A stretch of DNA of 62,277 nucleotides, filler included, from 4 parts of 4 records of this genome joined end to end with filler, not necessarily neighbours in it; one strand, 5' to 3'; positions 22,316-35,200 are shown, counted from the first letter of the whole stretch. Translations and numbers: made by a program. The notes: generated from the sequence alone by a model not told the origin.

Positions 22316-24106
22316 CTACTGCAGCCCGAGGAAGTGCACGCGAGTTGAGTGGCCCGCCTCATGCGCTGCGTGAGCTTCTGCTGCAAACGCTGCTCGATCC
22401 TCAGCTTCCCAGTCTTCGTCATCGTCCTCAGAGCATATCAGAAGGAGTGGATCGTCTGCTATCACCGGTTTCATATATCTGCATGCAATATAGGGACCAC
22501 AAATGAGCACATTAACGCAGCATGCAATGGATGCGCCAAACCAAACCATTCAGTGGAGCACATAGCAAATCGCCGTCAACCAACCGCCGAAGACAAGTGT
22601 GCCGCAACATGCCCTGGCCTAAAAAGGAGCGCAGAAACGCACTTGTCATCCTCGAATAGGCCCGCATTAGCAACTTTACAGAGTGATGTATTCTCTTTGA
22701 GCATCTGCGATAGGCTCTTCGCTCCAGCGGCCGGCGACTCTCCGGTAGCAGGGCATACACCGGCCGCAGAGCAGGAGCGTAGATAGTTGACAAGGCGAAT
22801 GCGGCCATAGAGGTCGAGGCCCAAGCGGGCGCACTCTTCGTTCAGGTCGAACTCGTACAACTGCGCCGAAGCAAATAACACGTCATGCAAAGGCGCGTGA
22901 AATATATTTCTCATACATAATGACCGAATACGCGAAGAGACACGCGGGAACAGATAAGGAACCCGAGCTGCCAGCACGAGGAACAGCGGGGACCAACACG
23001 CAACAACAACGAAAACCGCAGGCTGTCCCAGCCGCTTCGTATGTCCCACGCTCCAACGTACATGTGCACGCACAGCGACCCCAATATGCAATGCATCGTT
23101 GTACGATTATTCTAACCGCTCCGACAACCATACTTATCCAAGCAAACACTCGGCAGTGGCGCCGGCCCTACGCAGAGACAATTAGGCGCGCCGGGCACGC
23201 TGCAGCAGAGCCTCCACGCGGAGTGGCGCCGCGCCGCGTACTCCGCCTGGCTGCGTACCTTGCGCATAGCAGCGAGGCACTCTTCGGGCGAGGAGTACTC
23301 GGTATCGTCAAACAATGATCGCACACACAGCTCCTGTTCGTCAGCACTTCCCTTGAGATCAACCCAATGGCTATCGTCCATCAATTTTTTGCTGATGCAT
23401 CGCCAGCAAAGCGAGAGAGAGCAGGACAGCACCGGCGCCACGGAACGAATGCAGAGAGCAGATAAGCTGGCTGCCAATATGGGAGAGCTCGGAAGGCACA
23501 AAGGAGCAGCACATGAGGAAGCACATGCGAAACATCGGACGGGCGAAACAACAAAACAGACGCGAAATGATCCCCGGTGTGATGTGATCGTACCGAATCG
23601 TTTCATTCTGCTCATAACCGTCCTCCGGTTCCTCCTCTGCATCCGAATCCACGACAAGGCTGCTCGAGTCGATGTACCGGCCGCCAAGGTTTTCGCCGAG
23701 CCACGAGCTGCGCAAAGAGCGAACACCAGTATCCCGCGTCAGGCGAGCGGGTGCACCCTCCTTATCACACACTGCTCTCCTCACGTAGAGTTCCAGTTTG
23801 ATATCGAATATTATGAATATCACGACAATGCTGCATACTTTGCACTGAAATGCGGTAACGCTAGTAAGCTTCACGTGCGCGTTCTGCTCTGTAGAGATGG
23901 AAGTGGTCGACAAGCGCTACACCGCAGCGCGCACGGCGAAGTTGGACGCAGAACCGCACGCATCGTCGCGCAGGAGAGTCGCGCGGCACTGCAACCGGAT
24001 CGCACCGGAATAGTGCTCCGCTACAAACGCACCCGTCATCGAGGCTCATTTGTTCGACACCATGGGTTGCATTCGCGGAGTCGGCGCGCTCGCTTGAGCC
24101 CTCCAT
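22316..24106 (-). CDS. Stand-alone PRMT3-N/ZNF277-like degenerate C2H2-finger protein; 5 exons (24033-24106, 23594-23707, 23259-23391, 22643-22860, 22316-22478), about 233 aa
   Basis: The motifs VRSLFDDTEYSSPEECLAAMRKLYEFDL...LDLYGRIRLVNYLR...DDKYMKPVIADDPLL match the PRMT3/ZNF277 N-domain pattern. Joins are in phase, and I see no methyltransferase motifs downstream. Confidence 0.7.
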
Positions 24107-24919
24107 TCTTGTGTACAGCAGAACGTAGCTGAAGGGCGACAAGGCAACGCGGCTGCAGAGAAGGCCAGGGTGTGCGGCAATCGCTGGCCTTGCGCGCATG
24201 CAAGAGCGCGAAGGCGGAAAGAAGGTAAAAATGTGTAGCCCTCTTGTAGGTGAAGGATCCGGTCACAACGAAAGCAATGTGGGGCCTGCGCGAATCTGGG
24301 AAACTGCGGCAGGGGTTCTGTCACGTTCCAGGGGGCTGGCTTCCCAGGGCTACGTGCAGTAATACCATGCGCTTTCCGCCACACCCGATTGTTTTCAGCG
24401 CTCTCTGTCTCTCCATGACACGCGATTAACACGTTTGTGTGGAGCAGTATACCGTTTGCAAGGTGGCGGGCGCATTGGTTCTTTATTATTCTTTGTCTCA
24501 GTCAGAATACGAAAGATGGAGAGCAAACGCTAACCGGCTCTGCAGCTTTCGTCAGCGCCTCTGCCGCGTGGCCGTATGTCCGTGGCAATTGTGAACCGAT
24601 CCGTCTCGCGCCCTCCACGGTCCGCTGATTCTTCTGTGAAATGTGAAGCTCTACATAAGCATGGTTTCTCGCCAGACCGAGAGCACCAAAATATTTGCAA
24701 TACACAGCAACAGAACGCACGAGAGGCCTCCTTTGTCGAAAGCTTTGACACGGGCTGCACGGCGCTGGCATATCACGCTTCCCTACCCCACCGCCCAACC
24801 GCAAGGCTGTGCGCGGGGAATCCGCGCCGCTTGCTGTCCGTGCGTGCGCACAGTTACCGCGCGTGCCAGACTGTGGGACTCTGCCTCGTTACCGCTCTCT
24901 CTCCGCAGCGCTTGCAGCC

Positions 24920-27578
24920 ATGGTTGGATGGCGCCCGGAGAAGAAGTACATTGAATCACAGAGGAAACAGTGCAACCGCTTGCTTGGACAGAATCGAAAT
25001 GGAGATTACGTTGAGAAAGAGCACAATTGGGATGACAAGGAAGTCTGTAAATTTCATCTAGCGGGCCTTTGTGTGCACGATCTCTTCGACAACACGGTGC
25101 GTAGCGGCTTCTCTGCAGTCGCGCGGAGAACCGAGCGCGGCGTGTCTACCACGGGCACTGGTTCCGTCTCCCGTGCCCCGTCGCGGCGAACGCTGAAGGT
25201 TTCCCGCACGTTCCGTTTGCCCAAAAATACTGCTTTTCATGGGATATGCGATAGATTGAAATGTGATTGTAGTGTTTCTTTTCGTGATTTTGTTGGTTTG
25301 CTGCTGTTGCTGCTCGGTTAGCATTTTTCTTCTTCTTCTTTATGCACTGGCAAGCGCGCGCATCCGCGCGGGGCCCACTGCCGTAGCAGAACGAAGAGCG
25401 GTCGCGACCCCTGCGGTTGCCGTGCCGCTTTGCTCCCTTGCTGCCGTTGGCACGACCCGTGATCACTAAGTACTGCATATTCGTCTTCGTAACTGGCGCC
25501 ATGGATGTACCTGAACTTGTGCCGAGATGTGGACGAAGGCTTTGCTCGCACCAAGCGCGCAGAACTTTCGCGTGTGGAGCCTGTGGAGAAGAGCGCTACT
25601 GTTGCTCCCCGCTGCACTCCATACGCTGCCGCCGTCGTTCCACACGCGCTGCGGTGAGCTCCGGCTAGGCCCTAACACCTCTGCGGGCACGCGAGATGAA
25701 ATGTAGAAATACGGGATACTTTTGTAGAGGCTCATGCAGAATACATTGGGGAGGGAAGAGGCGGCGAATCTCAGAGCACGCGCACGAGCGCCTGGGTCTT
25801 GCGCGCGGAGTACTGCGTCACCAAGTGCCGCCGCTCTCCTCGCCTACCCGCGGATCAGTATTATTACTTGTGCGGAATCCACAGCAAGCCGCCGTATGAC
25901 TGTCATTTTCCGATAAGCTGAGTTTACTCATGTTCTTTCTTAGTTTCAAAGTTTCGGCGGGAAGACTAATGGCTGGACCGGACATAACTCGCTCCTTGCG
26001 TGTGCGTACGTAGAAACTCGACCGCGGACCTTGCCCCAATGTGCACAAGTCGGAGCTCCGCGACAAGTACAAGGAATCAAGCCGCTTCGGGAAAATGGGT
26101 TACGAGAAAGATCTTCACAGTCTTCTCGTACGTATGATCGACGAGTGTGACGTGAAAATCTCTCGTCATATGAAGCGCATCAACGTAGAAGATGAACAGC
26201 GCGAAGCTGCCGAAACGGCGCACGAAAGGGTATGTTGGGGTGACTTCCAAGTCCCGCCAGAAGGGAGCGCGCTCCGCAAATCGAGGACATTCCGCCGCGA
26301 GCAGGTTCGAAACGTAGAGACTTGGCCAGCGCATTCTTACGGGTATGCTTTCGTTGGCGGGTGCTTCTTTTTTTTTTTTTTTTCTTGTGTAGGATCCCGC
26401 TGTCATCAAAGTAACGGACGAGATTAAGCGGTTGACGGACGAGGCGGAGAAGCTTGGTGAGGAAGGTGAAGTGGACAAGTCAATGGAGCTGTTGAAGCGC
26501 GCAGAGGCGTTGCGTGTGGAGAAGGCGCGATTGCAGATGCAAATTGCAGCAGAAGCCAAGGTGCGTTACGAGCGCTGGGTAAGGAAGCCAGAGTGCTCCC
26601 TGGCAGCGGCCTTGCCGAGCGTTGTGCATGCTGCGGTGTAGCTGTGAACTGCCCAGTAGGTGCAGCATGCGACAGACAGCATCTAGGCGCGGCACGCTTC
26701 CGTACAGGAGCACGAATCCCCCGCGCTTCCGACGTGCTTCCAGGCCGTTCAAGCTCATTGCCCCGTCGATTCTCTTACCCGCAACCATGGCTGCGTTGGT
26801 ATCTCCGCGTTTTATGAATAACAGAAATCGATCAACACGTCGCAAGTCCTGCGCGCCTGTGATGTGTGCGGCGCGCTTCTCTCGCTCACGGATTCAGATA
26901 CACGCCTGGCAGATCATTTCTCGGGCAAAGCGCACGTTGGGTACCAAATTATCCGGGATAAAGCGAAAGAGCTGGAGGTGCGTGCTGGCAGACAGCGATT
27001 CACGGTGTGGCTGCTGCGGTTCGGAATGGCGCGGCAATCGCGAAGATTCCGCTCTCCGCTACTGGCCCCAGATAACATCGGTCATCTTGGATCATAACGT
27101 GAATATTACGTCGACGTGGTGCGCTCATTGTGAGAAAAGAGATACAGGCAAATAGTTGTTTCTGTGCAGATGTGCAGCAATTGTTTTGTTCATGGAGCTG
27201 CGTGGACGCGCAGTGCTATGGTGTTCCGGGTTCCTGTCGTGTGCCGTGAAGGGAGTTTCCCTGCCCGTCTATACCTGGTTATGTTTCCTCCGCGCCCGCT
27301 GTGACATGCAGCAATGGCTTAAAGACCATCCGGACCACTCGTCATCACTTGGATCAGCAGCGCCAATGGATGCACACCGCGACGGTGATCGTCGTCGTGA
27401 CTATGATCGCGATCGTCGCCGTGACTACGATCGTGATCGTGATCGTGGCAGGGACCGCTCGCGCGACTACGACCGCGGCCGTGATCGAGATCGCCGTCGG
27501 TCACGCTCTCCGGGTGGCAGCCGCAGGTGCGACCGCGCAAAACCAATGCGTGTACTGCGAATGTCTTCGTCGTTGTGA
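24920..27578 (+). CDS. LUC7: LUC7-like U1 snRNP protein; exons 24920-25096, 26014-26229, 26393-26560, 26825-26977, 27312-about 27578 (the 3' end may splice again at 27527)
   Basis: ZnF1 VCKFHLAGLCVHDLFDNT|KLDRGPCPNVH, ZnF2 LRACDVCGALLSLTDSDTRLADHFSGKAHVGY, and an RD/RS-rich tail. Confidence 0.93.
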
Positions 27579-28053
27579 TTTTGAAGCTGCGATTTGCTGT
27601 GGAAGCTGTTGATCTGAAAGTAGAGCCTCTTCCCTGTCCAGGGCGGCGAAACGGCCCAGTGTAGCTCCTGTGCTTTCTCGTTTTCAATTGTTAGTTGCTT
27701 CGCGCGTCTCTATTTCCCTCCCATGTCATCACTGGACTCCATTTTACCCTCCACAAGGTCACTGACTCCCTTTTTTCGTTTCTCTTTTTTTCTTTCTGCG
27801 GGGCTGCTCGTCGGTTTCGCGCGCTTGACGATGCGCGCAACTGCCTGCGTGCAGAAGTTCTTCTCGTGATCGGAAGCGCGCCAGATACTAGCTTCTCGCT
27901 AGCGCAGTGGAGTGTGGCACCGTGAGCACAAGCGTGTGTCGTCACGAAGTTGATCTTTCTTTCCGCGTGCGGGAGCGCTGTGTACTGCACACCGTACAAT
28001 ACATGCTGTCTTGTTTTCTTGGCAACGTCTAGTCCTTAGCACGCTCTGCACCC

Positions 28054-28078
28054 ACACACACACACACACACACACACA
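28054..28078 (+). repeat. (CA)n microsatellite at the end of contig 1
   Basis: A cacacaca run leads directly into the N spacer and probably caused the assembly break. Confidence 0.9.
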
Positions 28079-28178
28079 NNNNNNNNNNNNNNNNNNNNNN
28101 NNNNNNNNNNNNNNNNNNNNNNTTAATTAATTAANNNNNNNNNNNNNNNNNNNNNNNNNNNNNNNNNNNNNNNNNNNN
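28079..28178. other. Artificial contig spacer N44-TTAATTAATTAA-N44
   Basis: Identical 100-nt block occurs three times; its core has stop codons in all six frames. Confidence 0.99.
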
Positions 28179-29910
28179 GCGGAGAGCGCTCGTGTCGGCC
28201 AGCATGAAGTAGGACCCGTGCGGCATCATTGGGGTGAGACCGACTTCCCGTAGCGCCGTAGCAAGGCGATCGCGCTGCGAGGCAGGCACGGCATTAAGCG
28301 TTTCATGTTCAGAATCCTTGCTATTACGGCGAGAGAAATATTTCAATGCGACATAGCAAGAATTATGCACCGATTCGTTTGGAAAGTCGACGGACGCACC
28401 CGGTAGAATAGTGGAGCGGCGCGCTACACTGGCAAGCTGCGCAGGGTGCTCCCGCGCTGCGCCGTGTGCGTACGCAGCCAGGCCATCATTGGATGTCACA
28501 CCTTGCCAGAAAACATATCCACGAGCCATGGAAAATAGCCGTCTCGTTCTGCGTTTTCGAACGCTACCGCAACCGCTTCCTGTGCGGAACACGAGGTTAA
28601 AGTCAAAGCGAAAGCATCTTTAGCGTCGCAGCTCGCGCAGTTCCATCTGAGAAAGGAGAACAATTGTGCTGCTGCGCGGCGTTTCAGCACAAGAGCGACA
28701 AGGGGCGCGCAGCCACTCTGCGCCTTGCGACGCGTAATGCCACCTGTGGTATATACACAAGCATCCAGGAACGACTAACACGACGATGCTTGTGTATATA
28801 AAATCAACGGCGATCTTTTCCTATTTACTTGGTGGACAGGGATGCTGAAGCATTTGCCGAGTGGCAGTCTGCCGCTACAGCGCCAGCGCCTGACACAGTG
28901 CGCCAGCCGCCTCAGCAGCGAGCGTGAAAGCGAGTACGAGGCAGCACGCTCATCTGCACCCATTTAGGCGCAAAGAAAAGCAACCGTAGCAATCGACGTA
29001 CCTGAAGCGGCGTACTTACGCAAAATGTGATCCATTGGTGCGCAAAGAAGGCAGCTTGGACGAGATCTTCTGGCCCGAGGGCCCAGCCAACTTTCCATCC
29101 AGTTGCCGAGAACGTCTTGCCAGCGCTGCCAAACGTCAGCGTCCGCTCCCACATCCCCGGCAACGTAGCAATGCGCTCGTGCTTCGCACCGTCATACGTA
29201 ATCCATTCGTAAACTTCGTCTGACAGTACCACGACATCATGCTTGATCGCCAGATCCGCGATCGTCTGGAGCTCCCCTCGGCTGAAGAGTTTTCCGACTG
29301 GGTTGTGAGGGGTGTTTAGAATGATGGCGCGAGTTTTGGCGGAGAACGATCGCTCAAGCTCCGCAAAGTCGAGTGCAAAAGCTCCTGAATCAGCAGCAGC
29401 TCCTTCGCGCCGCTGAAGAGGGACAAAGCGAGGCACACCGCCAGCCATAATGATCTGTGATGGATAACTATCGTAGAACGGTTCCATCACGATAACCTCG
29501 TCGCCTGGGCTGACGAGGCCTTGCAGAGCAGCGAACATGGACTCGGTTGCTCCGCAGCCGACCAGCACATTCCGGTCAGGATCCAGCTGACGGTCGAAGA
29601 GAGGACTGTACGCGTTTGCTAGCGCCCGCGTCAGGCGTGGATGGCCTGCACTCCGTGCGTACTGATTTATATTTCCATCGATAGCATCGATCGCAGCCTC
29701 TTTGAGCCCGGACGGAGCAGCAAAGTCAGGAAACCCCTGGCCAAGATTGACAGCCTTGTGTTGTGCCAAAAGCGGCGTAAAAACGCTCCACACTGACTCG
29801 CCAACTCCAAGCGCTCGTATCCTCTCCGACGGAATACCGCCAATATAGCAACGCTGTAACTTCACATGCGGAAATGCAAAGGCGCGCAAACGATTGGCGG
29901 CTGACGCCAT
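28179..29910 (-). CDS. Kynurenine/glutamine transaminase-like class I/II PLP aminotransferase (KYAT/YbdL family), 3' truncated; exons 29002-29910, 28502-28579, 28179-28274
   Basis: Motifs AVNLGQGFPDF, NQYARSAGHPRL, LNTPHNPVGK, SDEVYE, SAGKTFSATGWKVGW (PLP lysine) and P.GSYF. Confidence 0.93.
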
Positions 29911-30416
29911 GGCACCGCGCGGAATACAGACGCGTTTGCAACGGATGGGCAGCGCTGCAGTGCTCAGCAACGCAGCTTCACGGAGCTCGGAGCGCGAGTG
30001 GGCTTTCTTACTTTCCCCGGATACGAGACGCTCTGGTGGGGAAATACGGGTAGCTGTTTCGTGCGCGCGCGTGGACGGCGCGCTGGCACGCGGAGCAGCG
30101 AGCAGAGATTTCCCCCTCGAAATTCCGTGCAGGCTCTCTTTTCCAAAGAACGGCAAGCGAATCGAGCTGCTGGCGGCTAGTTTCTCGTGGTAATAGCGCG
30201 TTAGAATGCGCACTTGAATTGGTGGAAAAGGTGCCTAGGCACTTGTGCGCGCTGGCTCAGCACTGTTTTTTTGTTTGTTTTTTGCCGGACCTGCCGGTGC
30301 GCGCTCACGGGACACGTGGCCTGCTTAGAAGAACTATAATCGGAATCTCTTTGGCATCTGGAGAGGAAGGCATTGGTCTTCATTTTTTGTAAAATCGGTT
30401 TCCTTCGCTGTTGGCG

Positions 30417-31631
30417 ATGGAGGCACCTGTGATACTTGGAGAATCGCAGCCCGACGGCGGTGGGAGCGGAGTGCGTCGTCTCGTTTGCGAGTTGCCCTTC
30501 GCGTCGCCCGCGTGGCGCCAAGGCTGCGTTGACGATTCTCGAGATGGCGAGCACGAGAGCTGCAGAATACTGAATCATGCATCGTTTTCGCTTGTGCGGA
30601 GCTCGAATACAGGAACTGCGCGCGTCTTGTCTTGCGGAGGTAGTGACCACAGTATTCCAAGCGGGCGATGTTTCCTGTGCTCCATCGAAGAGGGTCGCGT
30701 GGAAACGAGCGCGCTTCCTTCCATGCAGTTGGAACGTGCAAATTTTTCGCTCGGCATAGGCGAGAAGCTCTTCCTCAGCGCACTTCTTCCGAGCGAACAT
30801 GAAGCGAGAACTTATACTTTGGAAAGCCGCAGTATGTGCAAGACAGCGGGTAATCCCTCGACAAGCGATGGGTCAGCTTTTGCGTCAACGCTCGCCGTCG
30901 CTGCAGGAGGCCGCACGCGCACGGAGCGCGCGACTGCAACTGCTGAGGTGTTGGATTTCGGCACAGAGCGCTGGGTCGACATTCCAGCCCTGTCGGTGGC
31001 ACGTTTCGACCACCGTATGATAATTCATGAATTTGCGGGGGAACTGTATATTGGAGGGGGTTTCGATTGCAATGGGTCGCCTGCTGGCGCCGCGGAGCGG
31101 CTCGACGTGCGCACGGGATCGTGGGTGAATCTTCCGCCTCTGCCGCGGCCAGACGGTTTTGCAGGGCATCCCATCGGACTCACACGCGATGGAGACATCT
31201 TGTTCTGGGTATCCGGCCATCATTCTTCGCAACGCATGTATTTCCGATCGGTACACTGTTTTGATCGCCGGGCAAGCACCTGGAGATATGTGCTTGAAAT
31301 CCCTGCGGGTGTCGATGAGCTTGCCGCCAGCAGCGATGTCCTTGCCGCTATCTGTAGGAAAGGCGAGCCCGAGGTGCTCCTAGCAAATGTGCAGCCGCTG
31401 TTGGAATCCTCTCAGAGTTTGGCAGGGATGGAAGGATGGACAGTGGTGAAATCTCCTGTTCCACTCGGAGGAGATGGAGCTACTATCGGAGTGCACGGAC
31501 GACGAGTTGTACTGCTGAATGCAGGAGGTGAAGCGGCGGAGCTTGTGTATGCCTGCGATTGTGAGTGTAACTGGACGTCGCTTCCTGGCTGTCCCCTGCA
31601 AACGCTTTATTCACCTATGCTGTGGAAGTAG
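30417..31631 (+). CDS. Kelch-repeat (beta-propeller) protein, intronless
   Basis: ORF of about 400 codons with Kelch-like units: AGG...AEVLDFGTERWVDIPALSVARFDH; LYIGGG...AERLDVRTGSWVNLPPLP; SVHCFDRRASTW. Confidence 0.75.
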   Translation: MEAPVILGESQPDGGGSGVRRLVCELPFASPAWRQGCVDDSRDGEHESCRILNHASFSLVRSSNTGTARVLSCGGSDHSIPSGRCFLCSIEEGRVETSALPSMQLERANFSLGIGEKLFLSALLPSEHEARTYTLESRSMCKTAGNPSTSDGSAFASTLAVAAGGRTRTERATATAEVLDFGTERWVDIPALSVARFDHRMIIHEFAGELYIGGGFDCNGSPAGAAERLDVRTGSWVNLPPLPRPDGFAGHPIGLTRDGDILFWVSGHHSSQRMYFRSVHCFDRRASTWRYVLEIPAGVDELAASSDVLAAICRKGEPEVLLANVQPLLESSQSLAGMEGWTVVKSPVPLGGDGATIGVHGRRVVLLNAGGEAAELVYACDCECNWTSLPGCPLQTLYSPMLWK

Positions 31632-32282
31632 ATCGTAATTGTAAGGAAATAAAGGCTTCTGCACTTGATCACGTTGAGCCGCTTTTGTCCTCGACCGACG
31701 AGCTTGATTCTGTTTGCAAGACCTCGATTTCCCGCTGCACGCACCGCGGAAGCGCAGTGGTGCCACGATTCATCGACCTTGCACGGCCTTTTCTCGTGGA
31801 GTGATGTGATCGCTGGTGCGATGTTAATCGCGTCACTTGATATGGAAAAGCCCTCTATAGGCGTTTGTTTGCGATAGATCAGGCGGCCGGGGCGTCGACA
31901 TTGCACCATTCTGTAGTGCAACCTGGCTCGCACAACGCTGGGGTCCACGCAACAGCGCTTGCGCTTTGCACGGTGCAGCAGAGTTGGACCAGAATAGCGG
32001 TAACTTTTCCAGCAAATTGAATCAATCGTTTTTCGCATGCGCACGAGAGAAAAGTGCGTCGTCGGCTTCTCGGTGCGTAGGGCGGGTCGCGAGGAGCGGG
32101 CGGCGATGTCGATTGGTAAGGCGTGCGCGGTGCTGCTCTGTGCGCTCATTGGTTGGCTGATAGGCTCGCCACGGGCTTCCGCTCCCGCGCCCTCGCTCTG
32201 CGGAGCCGCCTGGCTGCGCGGGCTCCAAGCCCAACGCTGTTTCTGTCACGCTGTTGCGCTGTAGCACGCGTTGTACTTCTTG

Positions 32283-35200
32283 ATGACGGAGGCGAAGAGA
32301 GACCTGTCACCTTTCCAGGCGTCTGTCACTGGGCACATACATGATACACGAGGCAATGTGGTACGCCCTCTGAAGCGCGGTGCGGGAAGAGTACTTTGAG
32401 CATCGGAGTTTTGTGTCGCCCAAGGGCAATGTTCCTGCAGACCTGGTGGCCTGTGGTCGCCCCGATGTGCACGCGCAACGCAAAAGCAAGAGCTGTTCTT
32501 CCTCAGTCGCCAGCCCTCGCTGTATCGTTGCGACACGGACAGCGCTGCATATAACATTGCGCTCGTCTGGTAGCTCGAGGTCTATATCTAGATTCCTACT
32601 GCTTTCTTTTTTTTGCTTGTAGCGCTCGCACACGGCAGCCTGCGGCGACTGACGAACGAGGCTGCTGTGCGCTTTCTCGGTTCCTGCCTGCGCTGTGCAC
32701 GGCGCAGCGCAGAGGTAGCAGCACCCGCCACGCGCGCTGTTTCGCGTAAGCGTGCACTGGCGAGTAAGATTTGCTTTTCCTGCATCTATACGTAGTGATA
32801 TGGTATTGAACGAGTTCACTTTCGTTGAAATATGCACTTTGGTTGGAAAACTTCTTTCGTTCGCCCGCTGTGCATGGCGCTCTGTGTGGCCGCTTTTGGG
32901 TTCCGCGCGCCACGAGCTGTCGGCCCATGGTCTCCCTCGACACAGCGCTTGCAGCGGCCCGCACGCTGAGTTCGCTTGCGATGCCCAGGGCGGTGCAGCA
33001 GGTATTTGCGCCGTCCCCTTCGAGCGCTGGAATGAATACCGGGAGAGACAAGAGAATAAGGACCCGTCTATTTGCTGATACGGATGAGAAATAACCCCAC
33101 GCATGCGCGCGTTGCATATCTTGGCGTGGTGACTGCGCAGCTGTACGAGGTGCAGGTGTCCAGCGGGTCGCGCGCTTGGATCGTCGAGAAGCGCTACAGG
33201 TGCGACACCGCGCCGAGCAACGCGCTCGGAGCGCCGCTTCCGCACGGGCATCCGTGGCCCTTTTAGCCAGCCAACAGCTGCCCTTTTGTCATTGGAGCGT
33301 CCGTATATCGCAAAGAAGAGATTTGTCAATGTGCTTTCTTGTACATTTGCTGACCGGGTTTGCGTTGCCTCATGCGATCGCTCTCACTCCAGCGAGTTCG
33401 CCGCGTTCGCGAATGCGATAAGGAAGCGCTCCTGGGCGCGCGGCGGCGTTCCAGCGCTGCCGCCGAAGAAATGGGTGAACCGCAAGGCAGAAACGTTTCT
33501 TTCTTCGGTACGAGGTTAGAGCTCCCGTGTCCTCATTGTGCGAGCGATTTATTAACGCGGTCATGCTGTGTTGGGTTTTGGCCTGGGGCAGCAACGGCAC
33601 GGATCTGTGCGAACCGATGTTGCTTGTCGGGGAATGCTGGCATGCACGGATTTCCTGCGCGCCATCGCACAGACCCCGCTGCTACTGCTGCCTTGGTCAG
33701 CATTGCCTAGCCTAACAGTCGCGTTTCGCCTTCGGTTGGGTATCTTTCAATACACACTACAGAGACAAAATGGTTTGAATAATTTCATTGATACCATGCT
33801 GCGGCTCGATGGGGCTTCTGAAGATAGCGACGTCCGCAAGTGGTTTGGACTGTGCGATGGCGTTCCGGTGTACGAGGTGCGTCGAGGATGGAGGCGGGCA
33901 CGGACGTCGCATACGCAGGGTTGTAGAGCTGCTCAATGACCGTGGCGACACACTCCGCCGGGACTCGTCCGTATTTCCTCTCGTGGAAGTTAGTCTGTGT
34001 TGATGAAGAGTCGTAGCATCGCGTTTGTGTGTAAATCCTGCTTCGTACGCAGTCATGTTGCCTCTTCCCGGCCGAGAGGATGTTTCCTTGCTCCTCCACG
34101 ACGGCGATTCACAGCTTTGGCGTCATTGCAATCGTCGTTCGTTGTCCTTTTCTCTGACGCAGGAGCCTATTGCGCCAGTGCTGCGATCTCATGAACAAGC
34201 ACGCAGGCACTATAATTCATTCTCCTCGCGCTATGATACGCTGGCGGGCAATGCGGAACGATTGTATCGCACAGAGGGGCTGAGCATGCTCGCTCTCCAA
34301 GAAGGCAAGCTGAGCAGCTGACCACGGTGTCGCACGCCAAGCACTGCACTCTTTGGTAACACAGCGAGAGGCGGTATGTATTCTCTCGAAAATACACAAT
34401 TTTACTTGATGATGTAGGAATATAGATGAAATATTTTTTTGTCAGAGTGGATGAGTCTGCATGGTTGGGGAACCAAAAACTCTGGCGCTGGAGCCATGCG
34501 TTGACAGGAGGAGGCATCTTTGGCCTCGCGTGCTAGCTGCTCGCGTTACGTCGTGGCAGGACAAAAAGTGGCAAACACAAATATATCTAATCTTTTTTCG
34601 AAACAATTTTGATAGAGAGTGCTGACAGCATCTAATGACGTGCATTGGAGCTCGCACCAGTCGCTGGTGCAAGGCGAAATATGTGGGTCCGTTCCGCGCC
34701 TGTACGCTGATTGGTCTCTCTCGCTCTCGCGTTCTCGCATTTAACACCACCGTGGTCTTTCCGGCAAAAAATCCTTGATTTACAGGAGAACGCGTACTCG
34801 AAATTGGATTTGGAACGGGTCACACTATTGTAGATATGGCTCGCAGAGTCGGTCCAAGTGGGAAGGTGTGAGACGGGCGAATGGGTTCGGCGCAGCGATT
34901 GGTCACCGTGAGCGGTTGCGAGTGCGCATTGTAGCGCTAGTCGCAGATCGTGCGCAAGGTGCCACTATGGCGACCTGCAATTCCATTCTTCCTCTTTGCA
35001 CGCGGCCCGGGAAAATAGTTCACATTGTACACTCCTCCGATCCTCCTGAATCGACTGAGCTGTACGACTCGTGGCGTTGTCGTGCAGGTGTACGGGATCG
35101 ACATCAGCGACAAAATGCTCGAAATCACGTACGAGCGCGCTTTACACGAAAACGTTGCGGACGTGTGTGTTCTCACCACGGCCAATGCCATTCGTGAGAT

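Noticed and set aside
27375-27510. Tandem GATCGT/CGTGAC repeats read as a CRISPR array or satellite
   Set aside because: They encode the RD/RS-rich tail of LUC7, and there is no repeat-spacer structure.
28123-28134. TTAATTAATTAA read as a piggyBac TTAA target site or a biological repeat
   Set aside because: It is embedded in N runs and repeated identically three times; it is a six-frame stop linker.
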